From assembly GCA_028534125.1 (NCBI GenBank), contig CM052818.1:43526001-43590000 (forward strand): a DNA stretch of 64,000 bases, read 5' to 3'. Source of the stretch: Lama glama (taxonomy: Eukaryota). A program made the position numbers and the translations under genes. The notes beneath the pieces are model-generated. The model was given only the letters and a program-made list of their open reading frames with translations, had not been told where the DNA came from and did not search any database. Shown piece by piece: positions 1-14,042 of the stretch (within the stretch, counting starts at the first letter, position 1; every line of letters begins with the position of its first letter).

Positions 1-474
1 CCTTAATCTCTCTCATATATATACATATAGACAGATTACAAATGCAGATCTGGATCTATAACCCCATGTTTCTGACTCCTGTGTTCATGTCCCTGTGCCT
101 GTACCTGTGGGAGGTTAGATTATCCATGTCCTTAGTAAGGTTTCTAGGCAGTAAGGTACAGACGGTTCTTGGATCAAACTACAAAAAATATATTAGAAGC
201 ACCTATCTGTAGATATCAGTAATCTCAGATATCTTATACCATGTACATGAGTTTATAAATTGACCTAAATATACAATTCAGTGACAGAGTCCTTAAGGTC
301 ATGTTTACTATCATGTATTTCTGTCACTGTGCATGCATATATACATATATAAATATATTCATATAAATATTTATATCACCACTGAATTTTTCCATTAAAA
401 ATACAGACCTTAATAGGAATTAGCCAGATTTTATATGCTGTCTTTTAAAATAATATTTTGAAGAATTTTATTAT

Positions 475-494
475 ATGTGTGTGTGTGTGTGTGT
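475..494. repeat. (TG)n microsatellite
   Basis: About 9-10 TG units read directly. Confidence 0.9.
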
Positions 495-558
495 AGTACA
501 TTATGCTTTTCACATCATGTTAACGTACACGTTAACAGCCACAACAAAAATCTTTGAG

Positions 559-730
559 GAGCAGTACAATATAATGGACAAAATCATGGGCTCTGAATCA
601 GCAGGCCAGGTTTTAACTTCTGTGATTGTAAGCAAATTACTTCAGTTTTCTATCTCAATACCTTCATCTGTTGAGTATGATTAAAAATTGTACTCACTCA
701 TATAGTTTCTTTGACAATTACTTTAGTTAA
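559..730 (+). mobile_element. MIR SINE relic
   Basis: gggctctgaatcag...caggttttaac...tgtgattgtaagcaaattacttcagttttct...cttcatctgt resembles the MIR core. Confidence 0.65.
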
Positions 731-732
731 TA

Positions 733-912
733 TCAAATTTCACCAAATATAAGAGACCATAAGTTGAAGGATAAACGACTATGTTTGGTACCACTGTGAC
801 TATAAAATTATTGTGCTCCCAACATTTATGAAAAGGTGCATTCAATTTTAGGAGACTCCTGATTTCAAAGATGTTCATAAGTGAAAAAAGTACCTTAGAA
901 TTGCATTATATA
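733..912. mobile_element. MER104-like TcMar-Tc2 non-autonomous DNA transposon
   Basis: Ends aaatttcaccaaatataaga and ccttagaattgcattatata, plus internal cctgatttcaaagatgtt...gtgaaaaaa, resemble recalled MER104. Confidence 0.5.
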
Positions 913-2069
913 AAAATCAATAAGATAGCTCTAGAATGATTTGCTGTTATTAGGTAAAATATTTTTGCTCATTTGACAAATGAGAAAACTTTGATAAAAG
1001 AGGGTACAATAATTTCCTGAAGACCAGACAGCCAATCTGATTTAGGAATATTATTAAGTGGTCCCAATTGCTACATTGGTGTCATTTCCAGTTTACCATG
1101 CTTCGAAATATGATTTATAGTAGAAGCAACAAGTTGAAAAGTATGCCTCTCATTTGATGCATAACATGCCAGTTTTAGTAGCAAAACTCACTTAATTTAT
1201 TCTAAATTAGTAGAGTTTGCCTTACAAATGTGATTTAGTTGATACGTTGGGATTAAATGCAACATAGCAACTAAATCCCCAACATAATCTTTTAAAACGT
1301 GACTTCCTTAAAAAGACTGTATTCAGTTTTTCAATGTTAGCATATAAAAATAACTACACTTAAATGAAATTGAAAATGTAAAATTCCAAAATACGTATAC
1401 ACAAAATAACAGCCTCACTTGTACTTTGCTATTTTATCCATGAGGAAACACAGACTCAGAGAAGTTATGCCACTAGCTGATTATTCAAATAAAATTTCAA
1501 ATTGACATACAATTTTCTGTGTATCTTGAGGGCATCAAAGTCATTGCCCCACACTGGGGTCCTATGAGCTGTCTTTTCCAGTTGTGATCAATCTACCCCT
1601 CAGGGGCCAAATTAATTTTGCTAAACATCTCTGCTTTGTTCTCTCATTTAGATATATTTTGTGGTCCTCAAAATATTAGAATAAAACACTTTCGGGTTTT
1701 CAAGCCAACTCAATTTTATGAGTGCGTAATTTTACTAGAAATGTTATTCCACTGATACAATGAGACAGAACTCCTGCCACAGCCTGCTGTTACTCAGTGG
1801 GCAAGGCTGGCCTGAGCCAGTTGACAGTCATTTAGCCTTGCATTAGTGTGTTAGACGACTTATTGGGTGTAATGATTATTTGATGAGACAAGCTATTAAA
1901 ATGAACTTTGCCAAAGACGAAGAATAGTGGAGAACTCTCATTTATTTTAATTTTTGTTCCTATTTCCAACTGCTGAGACAAGCCTGCTTATATTTTGATC
2001 AGCCGGTTTAAGAGCAGATAAGATGGCCTGAGGGTACCATGAGTGAATGAAAGAGAGAGAAGGGGAAAG

Positions 2070-2270
2070 TGTCTATTTGAGCCAGGCACAACTTAAGTCA
2101 ATTTTAATAGAGTATTTGGTTTAAACCTCTTAACAACTTTAAAAGTTAGATTTCCCAGTTGAGGACACTGATGGTCTGAAAAGTAAAGTTATTTATCCAA
2201 GCTCACCTAGGTTGCAAACAAACAGTATTGCATTCCAGATTCTCATTTGAGTGCCTGTAATTCTTTCTCC
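2070..2270 (-). mobile_element. MIR SINE relic
   Basis: gagccaggcac...aacctcttaacaac...gttgaggacactga...ttatccaagctcac follows antisense MIR. Confidence 0.55.
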
Positions 2271-4797
2271 CATATTACATACAATACAGTGATTTTATTA
2301 TGGATGTATTATTCTCAAGATTGTTACCATGTTTTTTTTAGTATAGTTATCATAATGAGACAATTTATAGATTTGTAAACAGTTCTTGCAAATATCCTGA
2401 AGAATCTAAATACCTATTAAAGGGTTTAGGTTGGAACTAAAGGGATCCAGTAAACTGAATTGTAATCATAAAACAGGATACAACATATTCTCCAGGGTAG
2501 GCTCATAAAATCAAAATATTCCTACAGACCTTAGGGATCTTTAGTGCAAGGTTTTGAAACGCTAAGTACCCCAAGTTGTTCACTGGCTTCTATGCACCCC
2601 CTATATCCATTGACTTACAAACATATAAGCATATATTGGGAGTCTATGTCAGCATGGATATTTTATAATATGGAGTTACATAAGCTTTCATGAGACTTGT
2701 CTGAGCTTTCTCTATTAGAGCATAAGTTAGTAACTGTTATGGAAGGGAAATCACATCAATACATACATGGTGAACTTGTGAAGACCACAATATAATCTTT
2801 GCTTAGGTCTGTGTAGTTCAAAGGCACCAGATCTACTACAAATTCCTACTACAGTGCAGTAGGCTTTGAAATGGGCAAGGGTGAGCTTTGCCCTTTTATG
2901 GCTGGTATATTTCCAAAAATATTTTTTTCTTCCTTTTCAGTTCCTTTTCCAATTTCTTCTAAATAAGGGTCTCTTTGTATGGGAGTACCACCTCAGACTA
3001 CAGAGCCTGAAACCTGTTTGAGGCACTTAAATAAATTATGTGATACCTAATATCTAGGTTGATCTGCCTCATAGTAAAATTAATATAATTTTATCTTTTC
3101 TTCTTTAAAAAAGTTCCAATAAATTATACATGGTTCTCCTGTATGGGGAAAAGTATTTTTAATTAAGTGTTAACTTAGGGAAACTTTATCAAATTAGGAT
3201 AAATGAGGCAAAGAGTTATCATACCATAGTTTGAATTACAGTTATTGAAGTTATAGTCACAGCAATGTATATATACTAAAGAAAACTATAATTAACTTTA
3301 AAGAATCAAATGGGAAAATAAAACAAAAATATCATCTCCTAGATGTGTGGCCTACAGTTTATTTTTGATTCAAACGACGTCTTTTAAACAGTAATGTCAG
3401 GATCACAAATCATTTTGAAATGTCATAAAAATATTTCAAAGTTTGTAGTTGAAGGGCCTTAGAGGGCCTATTTGAAGTTTGGTACTTTCTTTTGTTCAGT
3501 GATCCACTTGCAGGTTATTCTGACCTTCCTTGGGAAAAAAAATGAAAGCAGAATGGCCTTTTTGAAATGATCCCTCACTCTGAAACCTCCTTGAGTGATG
3601 AACTAGGCAAAGTTCCTTAAGATGAAAATGTCTTGGCAGGAGGAGCCAGTTCCTCTTGTCAAAGTTTATGTGTGTATTTATTGCCAGAGTTTTTCTTTCT
3701 CCTTTTGCTAAAATCCAAGTATGTAGAGTGTCCACAGATACAGGATCTAATAATGCATTGCAGGAATTTAATATATATTAAAAACCTGAAAGATAGTTAG
3801 AAGACAGCTCTACCAGATTCCTTAGGAAGGGAGAAATGTCATTAGAAAAAAAAATGATGATCTCTGATAGAGTAGGAATGTATTTTGTTTCATTACTCTT
3901 AATTGGGTTGTGAATGATTTATCATCAAAATTCACAAAAGTTTCATAGGTCATCCAGAAGAGTCCCTGAGTTAGAATTTAGAAATATTTACTTTAAATTC
4001 TGATGTAGAACACATAATTTTGTGTTCTGCTCATTTTCCTGTGGACTACTCTCCTGGCATTGATTTGAGAGACTCAAAATGAGATAACCTTTTTGTTAAA
4101 AACAATTAGCTAGAATAAAAGAGATATATTAAAGTTATATTACAGACCATTTGCTAAGAATAAATAAAATAGTGTTGAATGGAAATATAAAGATAATCTA
4201 GTCATGTTTTTCCCATAATGTCACTACAAAAACAGAAAAATTAAAAATATTTTTACTTACAAAAGGTTACAAAAATGTAAAAAGTTAAAAAAGTTTAGAG
4301 AAAGTATGTCTACATATAACATTTTGAATCAGATCATATATTATATAGATATTTCTGTCTATTCATAGAAATATCTAAAATATTTCCCTTGAAAATAAGA
4401 ATGTAGAAAACATGAACTTGATCTTGACATTTTCCAATAGATGTAATGTATCCTATCCAAATATCAAGATGTAAATTAGGCAACACTGACAATTCTAAGT
4501 ATTTTACATTCATTGAGATAACAGCAAAAAGTCTGAAGATCTACTGATAAAAAATACAATTTGTACTATTTTCTAAAAAAATTAAACTGTATGTGATTAA
4601 TTTTTTCTCTCACTTAACTTAGATGAAGCATCATCTTTCTGTAAAGTGTTGGCAAGGTGTTTGAATATACAAAGATATAGTCAGTCTTCATGAATTTTAT
4701 GAAAATATGCAGAAATGTATTTAAGGGTAGGCTGAAGTTTTAAAAATTAATCATTATATAAGACAGAGATTCAAAATATATGAATGGAATGTTCAGA

Positions 4798-7700
4798 TGT
4801 TTAGGTAAGAAACTATAGGCTCATTTCTCTTTGCTTCTCCTCACTAAGCACAAACATAACACTGTAACTGGTGCAGGAGACGACTAAGGAAGAACCCTGA
4901 AAGGTAATAAGAATATGGAGAGCTGGTATCCCAGAATCCCAGGATTTGAGCAATAGCACATCAAGATGTCTTTTGTCCTCTCCCATAACAGAGAAAGGCC
5001 ATTCATACCCGGTATTTTCTCACATACATAGCAGCAGAGGTGGACCAAGCTGACTTACTATTTTCCCAAATAACAGTAGTCCACATAACACCAGATAAGC
5101 CTGAAACAGGGGAAGCACTGTCTTTAACCATCTGACCTGAGACTCCCCTTTTCTGCCAAGAGATAATTGGGCTGGCAGGCAGAGCCTACAGGAGAGCCTC
5201 AGCCAGCTACAGCAGACAACCTGGTAGGAAATGGAAGACTACATGACTAAGACCTACAGGACTAAGATTTTTTTACTCCAGCAGCCAACTGGTACCAGCA
5301 AAAGGATCCAATTGCACTCTTCCTCCTCAGTGGAGAAACCCGTTGTGCACTTAGGCAGCATCCACAGAGACTGGGAGGAGCCTGAGAAGCAGCAGATTAG
5401 CCAAGGAGATTAAAATAATACTGCAAAGACTGAAAATTACACTGCCATTGCAATTACCCCTTACAAAAAAATAGACTCTCATGTAAACTAAGGCAGTGTG
5501 AATGCCTGCTGACATAAAAGAACAATAAAACGTGATTAATTATGCAAGATAAAACAATCAATGTACCAACTGGACGTAATTCTAAATGTGTACTGACCAA
5601 AGAGCAGAATTGCATAATACTTGAAACAAAAATGGCTAGAGTTGAAAGAATAAATTCACAATTATAGTTGGAGACTCCAATGCTACAATAACTGTAGAAC
5701 TATTAGACAGAAAATCAACAAAGATTGAAAATATCTGAGCAATAGAGTTTACCTTTGAATAACACAGGTTTAAATTGTGTGGATCCACTGACACATAGTT
5801 TTTTTCAATAAATACATAGTACATTATTACATAATCCATGATTAGTTAAGTCCACAGATGCAGAACCAAAGATATGAAGGGCGTACTATCAAGTTATACA
5901 TGAATTTTTGTTTGTGTGGAGGGTCAGTACCCCTAACCACCACATTGTTCAAGGTCAGCTATATGTTCAGCTAAGAGGCTCTATTTGGTAATTATAGAAC
6001 ACTCCATTCATGGTAAACAAAATGTACAAGTTTTTTTTTCAGGCCTCCATGGAGCATATTATGATCCATAAAACAAGCCTTGAAGAATGGAAATAATATA
6101 ACTGTGTTTTCTAACCATGTTAAGATCAAACTAGAAAACACAGAACAGAAACAGCACTAACAGAACAACAAGAGGAGTTTCTGAACACGTGGGAACTAAC
6201 ATACTTCTAAATAAACCATAGGTCCAAGAGGAAGTCTCAAAGGATTTGAAAATGATACTACAAATACTACTAAAAGAATACATAGAACTGAATAAAGACA
6301 AAAACACAACATATCAAAATATGGTGGGATCCAGCCAAAATAGTGCTCAGAGGAAAACTGATAGCAGGAAAATTGATTAGAAATGAAATGAAAAAAGTCT
6401 CAAATCAATAACCTAAGATTATAGCTAAGAAAATTAGAAAAAGAAAAGCAAAATAAGCCCAAATCAAGCAAAGGAAAAATATAATGATTATCAGCAGATA
6501 TCAGTGAAATTGAAAATATTCCCATAACAGAAAAAAAGATGAAATCAAAATTTGTTTCTTAGAAAGAAGTCAGTAAAATTGATAAATTTCTTTTAAAAAA
6601 AACTAAACAAAAATAACATGAAGAATACACAAATCACCCATATTGGGAGAATCCATATAATAATGACGTCCATGTTCCCCAAATTGATACATGGGTTTAA
6701 CATAATTCTTATCATAATACTAGCATGGTTTGGGGGTTAAATACAGACAAGATTACTCTAAGATGTATATGGAAAAGCCCAAACTAAGCTACTTACCTAG
6801 CTAAAATAATTTTGAAAATTAAGGAAAAGGTGGGATGAATTAGTCTACCTGATTTCAAGACTTGTTATGTAGGTACATTAATAAAAATTCTGTGGCATTA
6901 CCATTAGAATAAAACAATAAGTCAATGGAACAGGAGAGAAAACTCAGAAACAGACTCAACAAATATTACCTAGATGATTTTTGACAAAGAGAGAGAAAAT
7001 ATTTAAAAGTATATAACTGACAAAGAACTAGTATCTAGAGCATACAAGAAACTCACTGAACTCAACAGTGGAAAAAAAAAAACCAAGATAATTAATCCAA
7101 TTAGAGTATAAGCAAAAGACATGAAGAGATATTTCAATGAAGATGATACAGACATGGGAAATATGCAAGCACATTCAAAGATGCTTAACATCTTTATCCA
7201 TCAGTTAAATGCAAATTAAAATCACAATGAGACATTATTACATAACTATTAGAATGGCTAACATAAAAACAAAAGTGACAACACCAAATACTGGCAGGTA
7301 TGTGGAGAAACTGGATCAATTCATACATTTCTTGTGGGAGTGCAAAATAGTACAGCCCCTGTGAAAAACAGCTTGGGACTTCCTTAAAAAACAAAAGCTA
7401 GACATACAGCTATCATTCAACCCTGCAATTGTAGCACTGTGAATTTATTCCAGAGATATAAAAACATGTTCACACAAAAAATCTGTATAGCAAATGTTCA
7501 TAGTAGCTTTAATTATTATAGCTAAAACCTAGAATTAGCTCAGATGTCCTTCAACAGGTGAATCGTTAAACAAACAGTAGTACAGACATGTCATGGAATA
7601 CCACTGAACAATGACTAAGGAATAGACAACTGATACACACAACTTAGATAAATATCCAGAGAATTATGCTGATTTTAAAAAATTCCAAAAGGCTTTAATA

Positions 7701-8110
7701 TACTCTATGGTTCTATTTATGGTGATATTTTAGAAATGAATGGGAAATTTTGTTGCAAGGATTAGGAATGGTTGGGAAAACTGGTGGGAGGTGAGTATGG
7801 TTATCAAAATGCAACAGGAAGGATGCTTATAGTGTTGGTACTATTTAACATCTTTACTATAATGGTGGATACACAAAACTACCTATCATAAAATTATATA
7901 GACTTTAATATACACCTACATACACACAGCTATGAGCAGTAAAACTATGGGTATATGATCTAGATTAATGAATTTTGCCAATGTCAATATCCTGGTTGTG
8001 ATACTGTACTTTGGTTTTACACAATGGCACCCTTAGGGAAAACTAGACAAGGGATCGCTCTGTGTTTTTCCTTTACTACATGCAAGTCTGTGATTATCTC
8101 CATTAAAAAA
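4798..8110 (+). mobile_element. L1MC-type LINE-1, internally deleted: 5' region, ORF2 fragments and 3' UTR
   Basis: ORF2 endonuclease-region DNA (cacaattatagttggagactccaat, 5657), further ORF2 segments from 5964 to 7600, an L1MC1/2-like 3' UTR (gtcaatatcctggttgtgatactgtact, 7983) and an A tail at about 8105. All frames are disrupted. Confidence 0.85.
5745..5961. mobile_element. Tigger2-family MITE (TcMar-Tigger) nested in the L1
   Basis: Degenerate TIRs gagtttacctttgaataac and attgttcaaggtcagcta (consensus cagttgacccttgaacaac). TA lies on both sides (5743-5744, 5962-5963), and the L1 sequence resumes after it. Confidence 0.85.
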
Positions 8111-9074
8111 AATACATGAAGTTCAGAAGTGAGAGAGGTTAATATCCCATCTATTTCCACAAAATAGAGTTAAGTATTAAATTAATGACACAGTAGGGTT
8201 CAAAAATGAAATATTTGAGAATTAAAGGAGAAAGAGGATTAAAAATGAATGAAACTCAATCAGAGTCTGGTATTTACATAACAAAAGAGAAATGTAAATA
8301 GCTACACTAAGTTTGAAATCAGTTGTGAGCCATGGCTGTGACATATATAGTGTCACGTATTTGCAAAGTCAATATTGGAAGAACATTGGTCTGTGACCTA
8401 ATATCAAAGACCCATGCATGCATCAAGTACAAGGTAGATGAATTAAGCAGAGGAATGAACAGAATTAAAAAAAAAAATAAAGAGTGTTACGAAACATAGG
8501 CATGCCTTAGGCAGTGGGTAATCTGAAATATACTGGAATAATACCATGTTTCTTAGTGCTGATATCAAAGCAGTATATCACTGTGTTACAATATGCTGAG
8601 CTGCTGCATCACAGCTGTCCAAGAGCTGCAGTATGTTGGCTGCCCCACAGCAATATTGCAATTTTAATTAACATTTGGAGAGCAGCAGATCAGTTCAGCA
8701 TTTCTCCTCATTTAATTGATAGCCTTTTGAAAATTGGGCTGCTTGTTTTATGCATGGACCATTGCTTACCACCTGCAGGATTTATTTGGATGGCTAGCTA
8801 TTAAATCTTATCTGTAATCATCATGAAGCTGAATACACATCATTTTTGTTTTCAAGTACATTTCAAGGAATGAGTTCAGACATTAAAGTGATCATGTTTT
8901 GTAATGGAAAAGAGGAAATTATTTTTTCTATTTATTTTGATCCTTCGTAGAGAAAATTTAGAAGCTATTCTATTTTTCATACTGGTTTAATGTTTAAATA
9001 GCCACATAAGTACATTTTATAAATGTTAATACTAGTACTTTTTGAAACATAATTCCATGGATGTTTTTCAGACA

Positions 9075-9360
9075 TATGGTAGATACAGTTGGTAGCTTAC
9101 ATACAAGTATTTTCATCTTCCTCCTTCATAACAGAATCCCAGAGTCCTTCAGATACTCATCTCTCCAACAACTTTATGACTCTCACTCAGGAGATACGGA
9201 GCCTATTTATAGCTCTGTTAAATAATCTGAGAAAATCAGAATAATTACATCTTCCTTTTATATATTTGAATTAAGAATGGCCATGTGCTCTAATACAGAC
9301 TAATAAGATATAGTAGTTTATCAAAGCTTCTATGAAAGTACCCTCCAGTACTTCCAAGAG
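9075..9360 (+). mobile_element. LTR33-like ERVL LTR fragment
   Basis: tatggtagatacagttggtagcttac...cttccctccttcataacagaatccc resembles the LTR33 5' end. Confidence 0.5.
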
Positions 9361-9654
9361 GTGAGGGTTCCCTCAAGGATCTCAGTTTTTACACTTAATT
9401 TGTAAGAAGGCCATTCTGTCTTCTAAATCAAATGTATAGTGTCCTGTAATCCAGTGAGGAAGATGTTTCACGGACATAAATGTGGTCATTTCTGTGAAAT
9501 GATACTGATATATCAAATAAGATGTGAACTGATTTTGATCATTCAATTTAATAATATAGAGATCATTAGGACTTTGATATGTCAGTATCTATTGGGTATT
9601 GGAAACAAAAGCTAGACTGGGGAGGGTTCAAAAAATGTAGAAGAAACAATTCCA

Positions 9655-10082
9655 GACAATTTGAAACAACCCAAATGTCCATCAACAGATAAGCAAATAA
9701 ACAAAATGTGAGATATATACAAAATTTAGTATTATTTAGCCTTAAAAAGAAGTGGAATTCTAATACATGCTGTAGCAAGAATGAACCTTGAATATATTAG
9801 GCTAATGAAAAAAACCAGACACAAAAGAATAAATATTGCATGACTCCATTTACATGAAATATTTAGAACAGGTATATTCATTGCAAAGCTACCAGGGGCT
9901 GAGAAGACTGGAAAATGGGAATTATCAGTTAAATTCTGGTTGAGGTGATGAAAAGTTTTTGGAATAGATAGTTGTGATGCCTGCACAACATTGTGAATGT
10001 AAAACGCCACTGAATTATACATTTAAAAATGGTTAAAAAGGCAAATTTTATGTATATATCTTACCACACTAAAAATTTAAAA
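9655..10082 (+). mobile_element. L1MB-type LINE-1 3' end
   Basis: aaacaacccaaatgtccatcaacagat...gaaccttgaa...aaaatggttaaaaaggcaaattttatgt followed by an A-rich tail. Confidence 0.85.
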
Positions 10083-11237
10083 CAAATATTACAGATGGTC
10101 AATATAGACAATTTTTAGAGAGTTTTCTACAAAAAAAAAGTAGCGATATTAAATGCTATTGGAAAAGTACGTGTGAGAATAAAACAGACCAGGAAGTGAA
10201 CCAGTAATGTAATTATCATAATTAATGACACTTAAGAACAGAAATACATTATCAGTAATGACACTTTGAAAATATGACAGAGGGGAAAAAAATTTAAACT
10301 GGAAGAAAAGTGAAAAGAAAAAAAAAGAATGATATTCCTGGCAAATGCTTTCTCCTTGAAAATCAAGATTGGAAAGAGATATTTCTTGGAAAGGACATAT
10401 TTGGCTCTTTTGAAGTAATGAAGAGGTGGATCTGACTATATTATATACACGTCAGTGTGAAGGACAGGAGGTGTGTATTGCATGTTCAATCATTCCATGG
10501 GCTCTATTGACAAGTGTTTTTATGCGAAGTGAATATATTATTAGGCTTGCAGTTATTAAACTAAAAAATGCTATGAAAGGTTATTCTAATTAGAAACTCT
10601 TCTAGAGGTGAGAAAGAAGTCACTGATGAAGCACTTACTCAAATCAGTAGTTTAATTCAGATTAATGAATCTACAAAGTAGTCACCAATAAAACAGTATA
10701 TAAAATAGAAGGAATTACCTTTACTGCATGCTCAATAATCAAAAACCAAACTTTTTTAGATGGAAAACGCCAATGAATTAATTCACTTTATTTGAACAGA
10801 TTAAAACAATAAAACAAACAAAATGACAAAAATCAAGCTCATGATATGTGTTATGAACCCATTATTTTGATAGGTCAGGTGTTTATGTTTTTGTATACAG
10901 GACCATCAACGTTTCAATGTACACTTGCTATTTTTCCACCATCTCGTGTTGCTCTCACTCAAATCAAGGTTAGATATACTTAAATATTTGATTGCAATAT
11001 GATGTATAAATGGCTAAAATAGAGGTGAATATGGAAGACAGACATAAATTAGAATGTGAATGGAAAGAAGTCTTTCTGGAGTGGGTGGGTGTCATATCTT
11101 AAAAGATGAATGTAAATCAACTTAAATATAACAAGATTCTATGTAGCCAAGTCTTAATCCCTAAAGAAAATTACAAAGACATCATCAAGAGTAGTGAGTG
11201 CCATATGATACTTTATACTTGTCTTTGTGGTGTAATT

Positions 11238-11262
11238 GAACAGATGAATAAAGATGTGTGAG

Positions 11263-11297
<35 letters not shown>

Positions 11298-11690
11298 GGA
11301 ATACTACTCAGTCACAGCAAAGAGAAACTCTTGCCATTGCAATAATATGGATGGACCTTGCAAGCATTATGCTTAAATGAAATAAGTTAGATGGAGAAAG
11401 AAAAATACTGTATAATTTCCCTTATATGTGGAATATAAAAAACAAACAAACAAAACCCAAATAAATGAGAATAGGTACAGAGAGCAGAGGAGTGGTTACC
11501 AAAGGTGGGAAGGTGCATGGGGGAGGATAAAATGGGTAGAAAGGATCAACTGTATCCTGATAAATGGAAACTGAGTTTTCAGTGGTGAACATGCTGTGGT
11601 GTATACAGAAGTAGAGATATAAAGTTGTACTCATGAAGCTTACATAATACTATAAACAATGTTACTGCAGGTAAAAATTAATTAAAATCT
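11238..11690 (+). mobile_element. Laurasiatherian-type L1 3' end containing a (CA)n expansion
   Basis: gtggaatactactcag...cttatatgtggaat...gatcaactgtat...gtgtatacagaagt followed by an A-rich tail. Confidence 0.85.
11265..11295. repeat. (AC)15 microsatellite
   Basis: Perfect AC repeat read directly. Confidence 0.95.
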
Positions 11691-13179
11691 TAAAAGGCAT
11701 TCATTTGATGGTTTTCACACGATATTTGCGCTACTGTTTCTACTTATACTATTACCTTTACTAGTATTAAACAAATATTGCTATCATTAGTACCATCTAC
11801 TATTTTTAATGTTTATTTGACCATCTAATTGTGTTTACATGATATTGTTCAGGTTAACCATTGTTCAACATTTAGCAGATGAGGGAGCTGAGAATTAAAT
11901 AGCATGTTTAGCCCCATACAGCTTGTAGGTGGCTCTCTCTCTTCCGTTTTACCTGTATGCCATGTCCGTCAGCCTCCATTACAGACGACTTGCTATGGGT
12001 CACTCACTGTGTTTCTGACATTTTGCTCGTTCCTTAATAAATTACTTATATTTTTAGATAATGCTGTTTAATGATAATGGTGAACCTTTCACGGTGCTTT
12101 AAAATAATCTAAAGAGCATATTGTATCCACAATTTTGTGTAGATTTCTATAAACTTTTAAGTGATAGACCTGTTTGTCATCTCAATTTTGCAGTTTGAAA
12201 GTTGAAACTTAGAGTGATAAAATGATTTACGTAACACCAGACGGCTGGCGTGTGATGGTTAAGATGAGAACCTAGGTGCTCTGAATTGTAACACAGCCCT
12301 TGTTATATGTCACCGACATTTTCTTACCTTCCTGAGCCCCTCCGCCCAAGGCATTATTACACTATTCCCTCACCTTTCCTATTTACCTGATTAATGTTTA
12401 TAGGACTTAGTTTTCAGTTTCAATGTTTTTTTTTTTAAAACTATAAGAAGCTAGCCAAATCAATGAGATCTTAAAGATCGATTGAAGAGTTTACAATCTT
12501 CGGGAGTTTAACTATTTTTTTAAAGTCTGTGAGTGAAAGGTATTTTTTTGCATTAATTTCCAATTGATAATTTTAGGTAGGTTTGTAGTTTGTCAATAAA
12601 TATATGTATATATTATATCTCTCCCCCTGGGGCAAAGAAGCACTTGTCATGGGGGCTATAATTGCTTTTGCTTTTGTCATGATTTCGGTACTTTGGCATT
12701 GACATTGACTCTTAAACTGGCTTTCTTCTTGTATTAATAGAAAGCAGAAAGCAGCTTTGGCAGAGGAGTGTGTTACATTCTCATCATATTCATGCACAGA
12801 GAGTGGAAGCCCCCAATTTCTGTAATCGAGATGTCTGAGAGTTGATGTGCTCAAGGTCTTCTCTTCAATCACTGTGGTACACTGCACCCTGAACTCAAAT
12901 TATCCCTGCAGCAGGAGCAATCAAGGCAGAATAAAACACAGGTTATTCTCCTTGGCCCAGTTTATCTCCCCATAGCCACAGGGAAGGTTGCTGCATCAGT
13001 CAAGTCTCCAAATAAAAAGGTAATTATTTCTTGATTTCTCTGGAGCAGATGCAGTGAGAGCAAGGCTGCTTCTACTGGGAGTCCCTACTGTGTTGCCAAA
13101 CAGCAGCGGTTATCTTAGAAGACAGAAGTAATTACTTGCAAGATGTTCTTGTCTTTTTAGGTGGATCTGAGTGCTAGTC

Positions 13180-13460
13180 ATTAAGATTCACCTGGCATTT
13201 GAGCAACTACCATGGGTCAGGCACACTGCTAGATACTGTCATATGAGTTTAGTAATTTAATTGCATTGAAACTTCAGGCATGATGGCATGCACACACACA
13301 TATATATGCAAATATGGACACTCCAAAGTGTGCATCGTCTTCACATTAAAGTGAGGAAACAGGTTCAGTGAGCAGGTGACACATGACCAAGGACACAGCT
13401 TGTCCATGGCTCAGGAGTATTTCAAACTTGTGTTACCACATCCCATGCTCTTTCATTATG
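13180..13460 (-). mobile_element. MIR SINE relic
   Basis: catttgagcaactaccatgggtcaggcac...gtgaggaaacaggttcagtgag...ccaaggacacagc. Confidence 0.65.
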
Positions 13461-14042
13461 AACACATGGTAGTTTGCAAAACCTGATTTTAATGCATAAC
13501 ACACACATCTGTGATTCACGACGACAGCTTACATTGCTGTGGTAAATGCTTATGACAGCAGTTTCAATGTTCTTTTTCCTAAGACTGTTTGGAGATGGGA
13601 AGAATACCCTGAATTTTAGCCTAAAGAGATATTGAGAGAACTAAAAGGACGACTCTATCATTCTTTCAAACTTAACTCCTGATCTTCCATAACCAAATAT
13701 TCTAAAGTACTATGTGAAATCTTAGCAGTTTGCTAGATTCGGCACTCCTTTTCCTCTTTGTATCATCTGGGAGACAATGTACATTATACACTTTATCTAA
13801 CCATTGAATTAGTGACTGCACTATTTTGCCTAAAAACTGTCTAGTTTTGTAGAAGAATAGAAAAATTACTGGAACCAAGACATTTTCAGTGCACAAGAGA
13901 AAATAAAAGATACAGAATTTCTGAAGCAATGTGTATAATTTTGGTTGAAAGTAATGGATTTCCTCTTATTTAAAGAGAAATAGATTTGGATTGCTATTTT
14001 TATAGTTAATATATTTTAAAATGGCATTTACAGATTCTAGTC

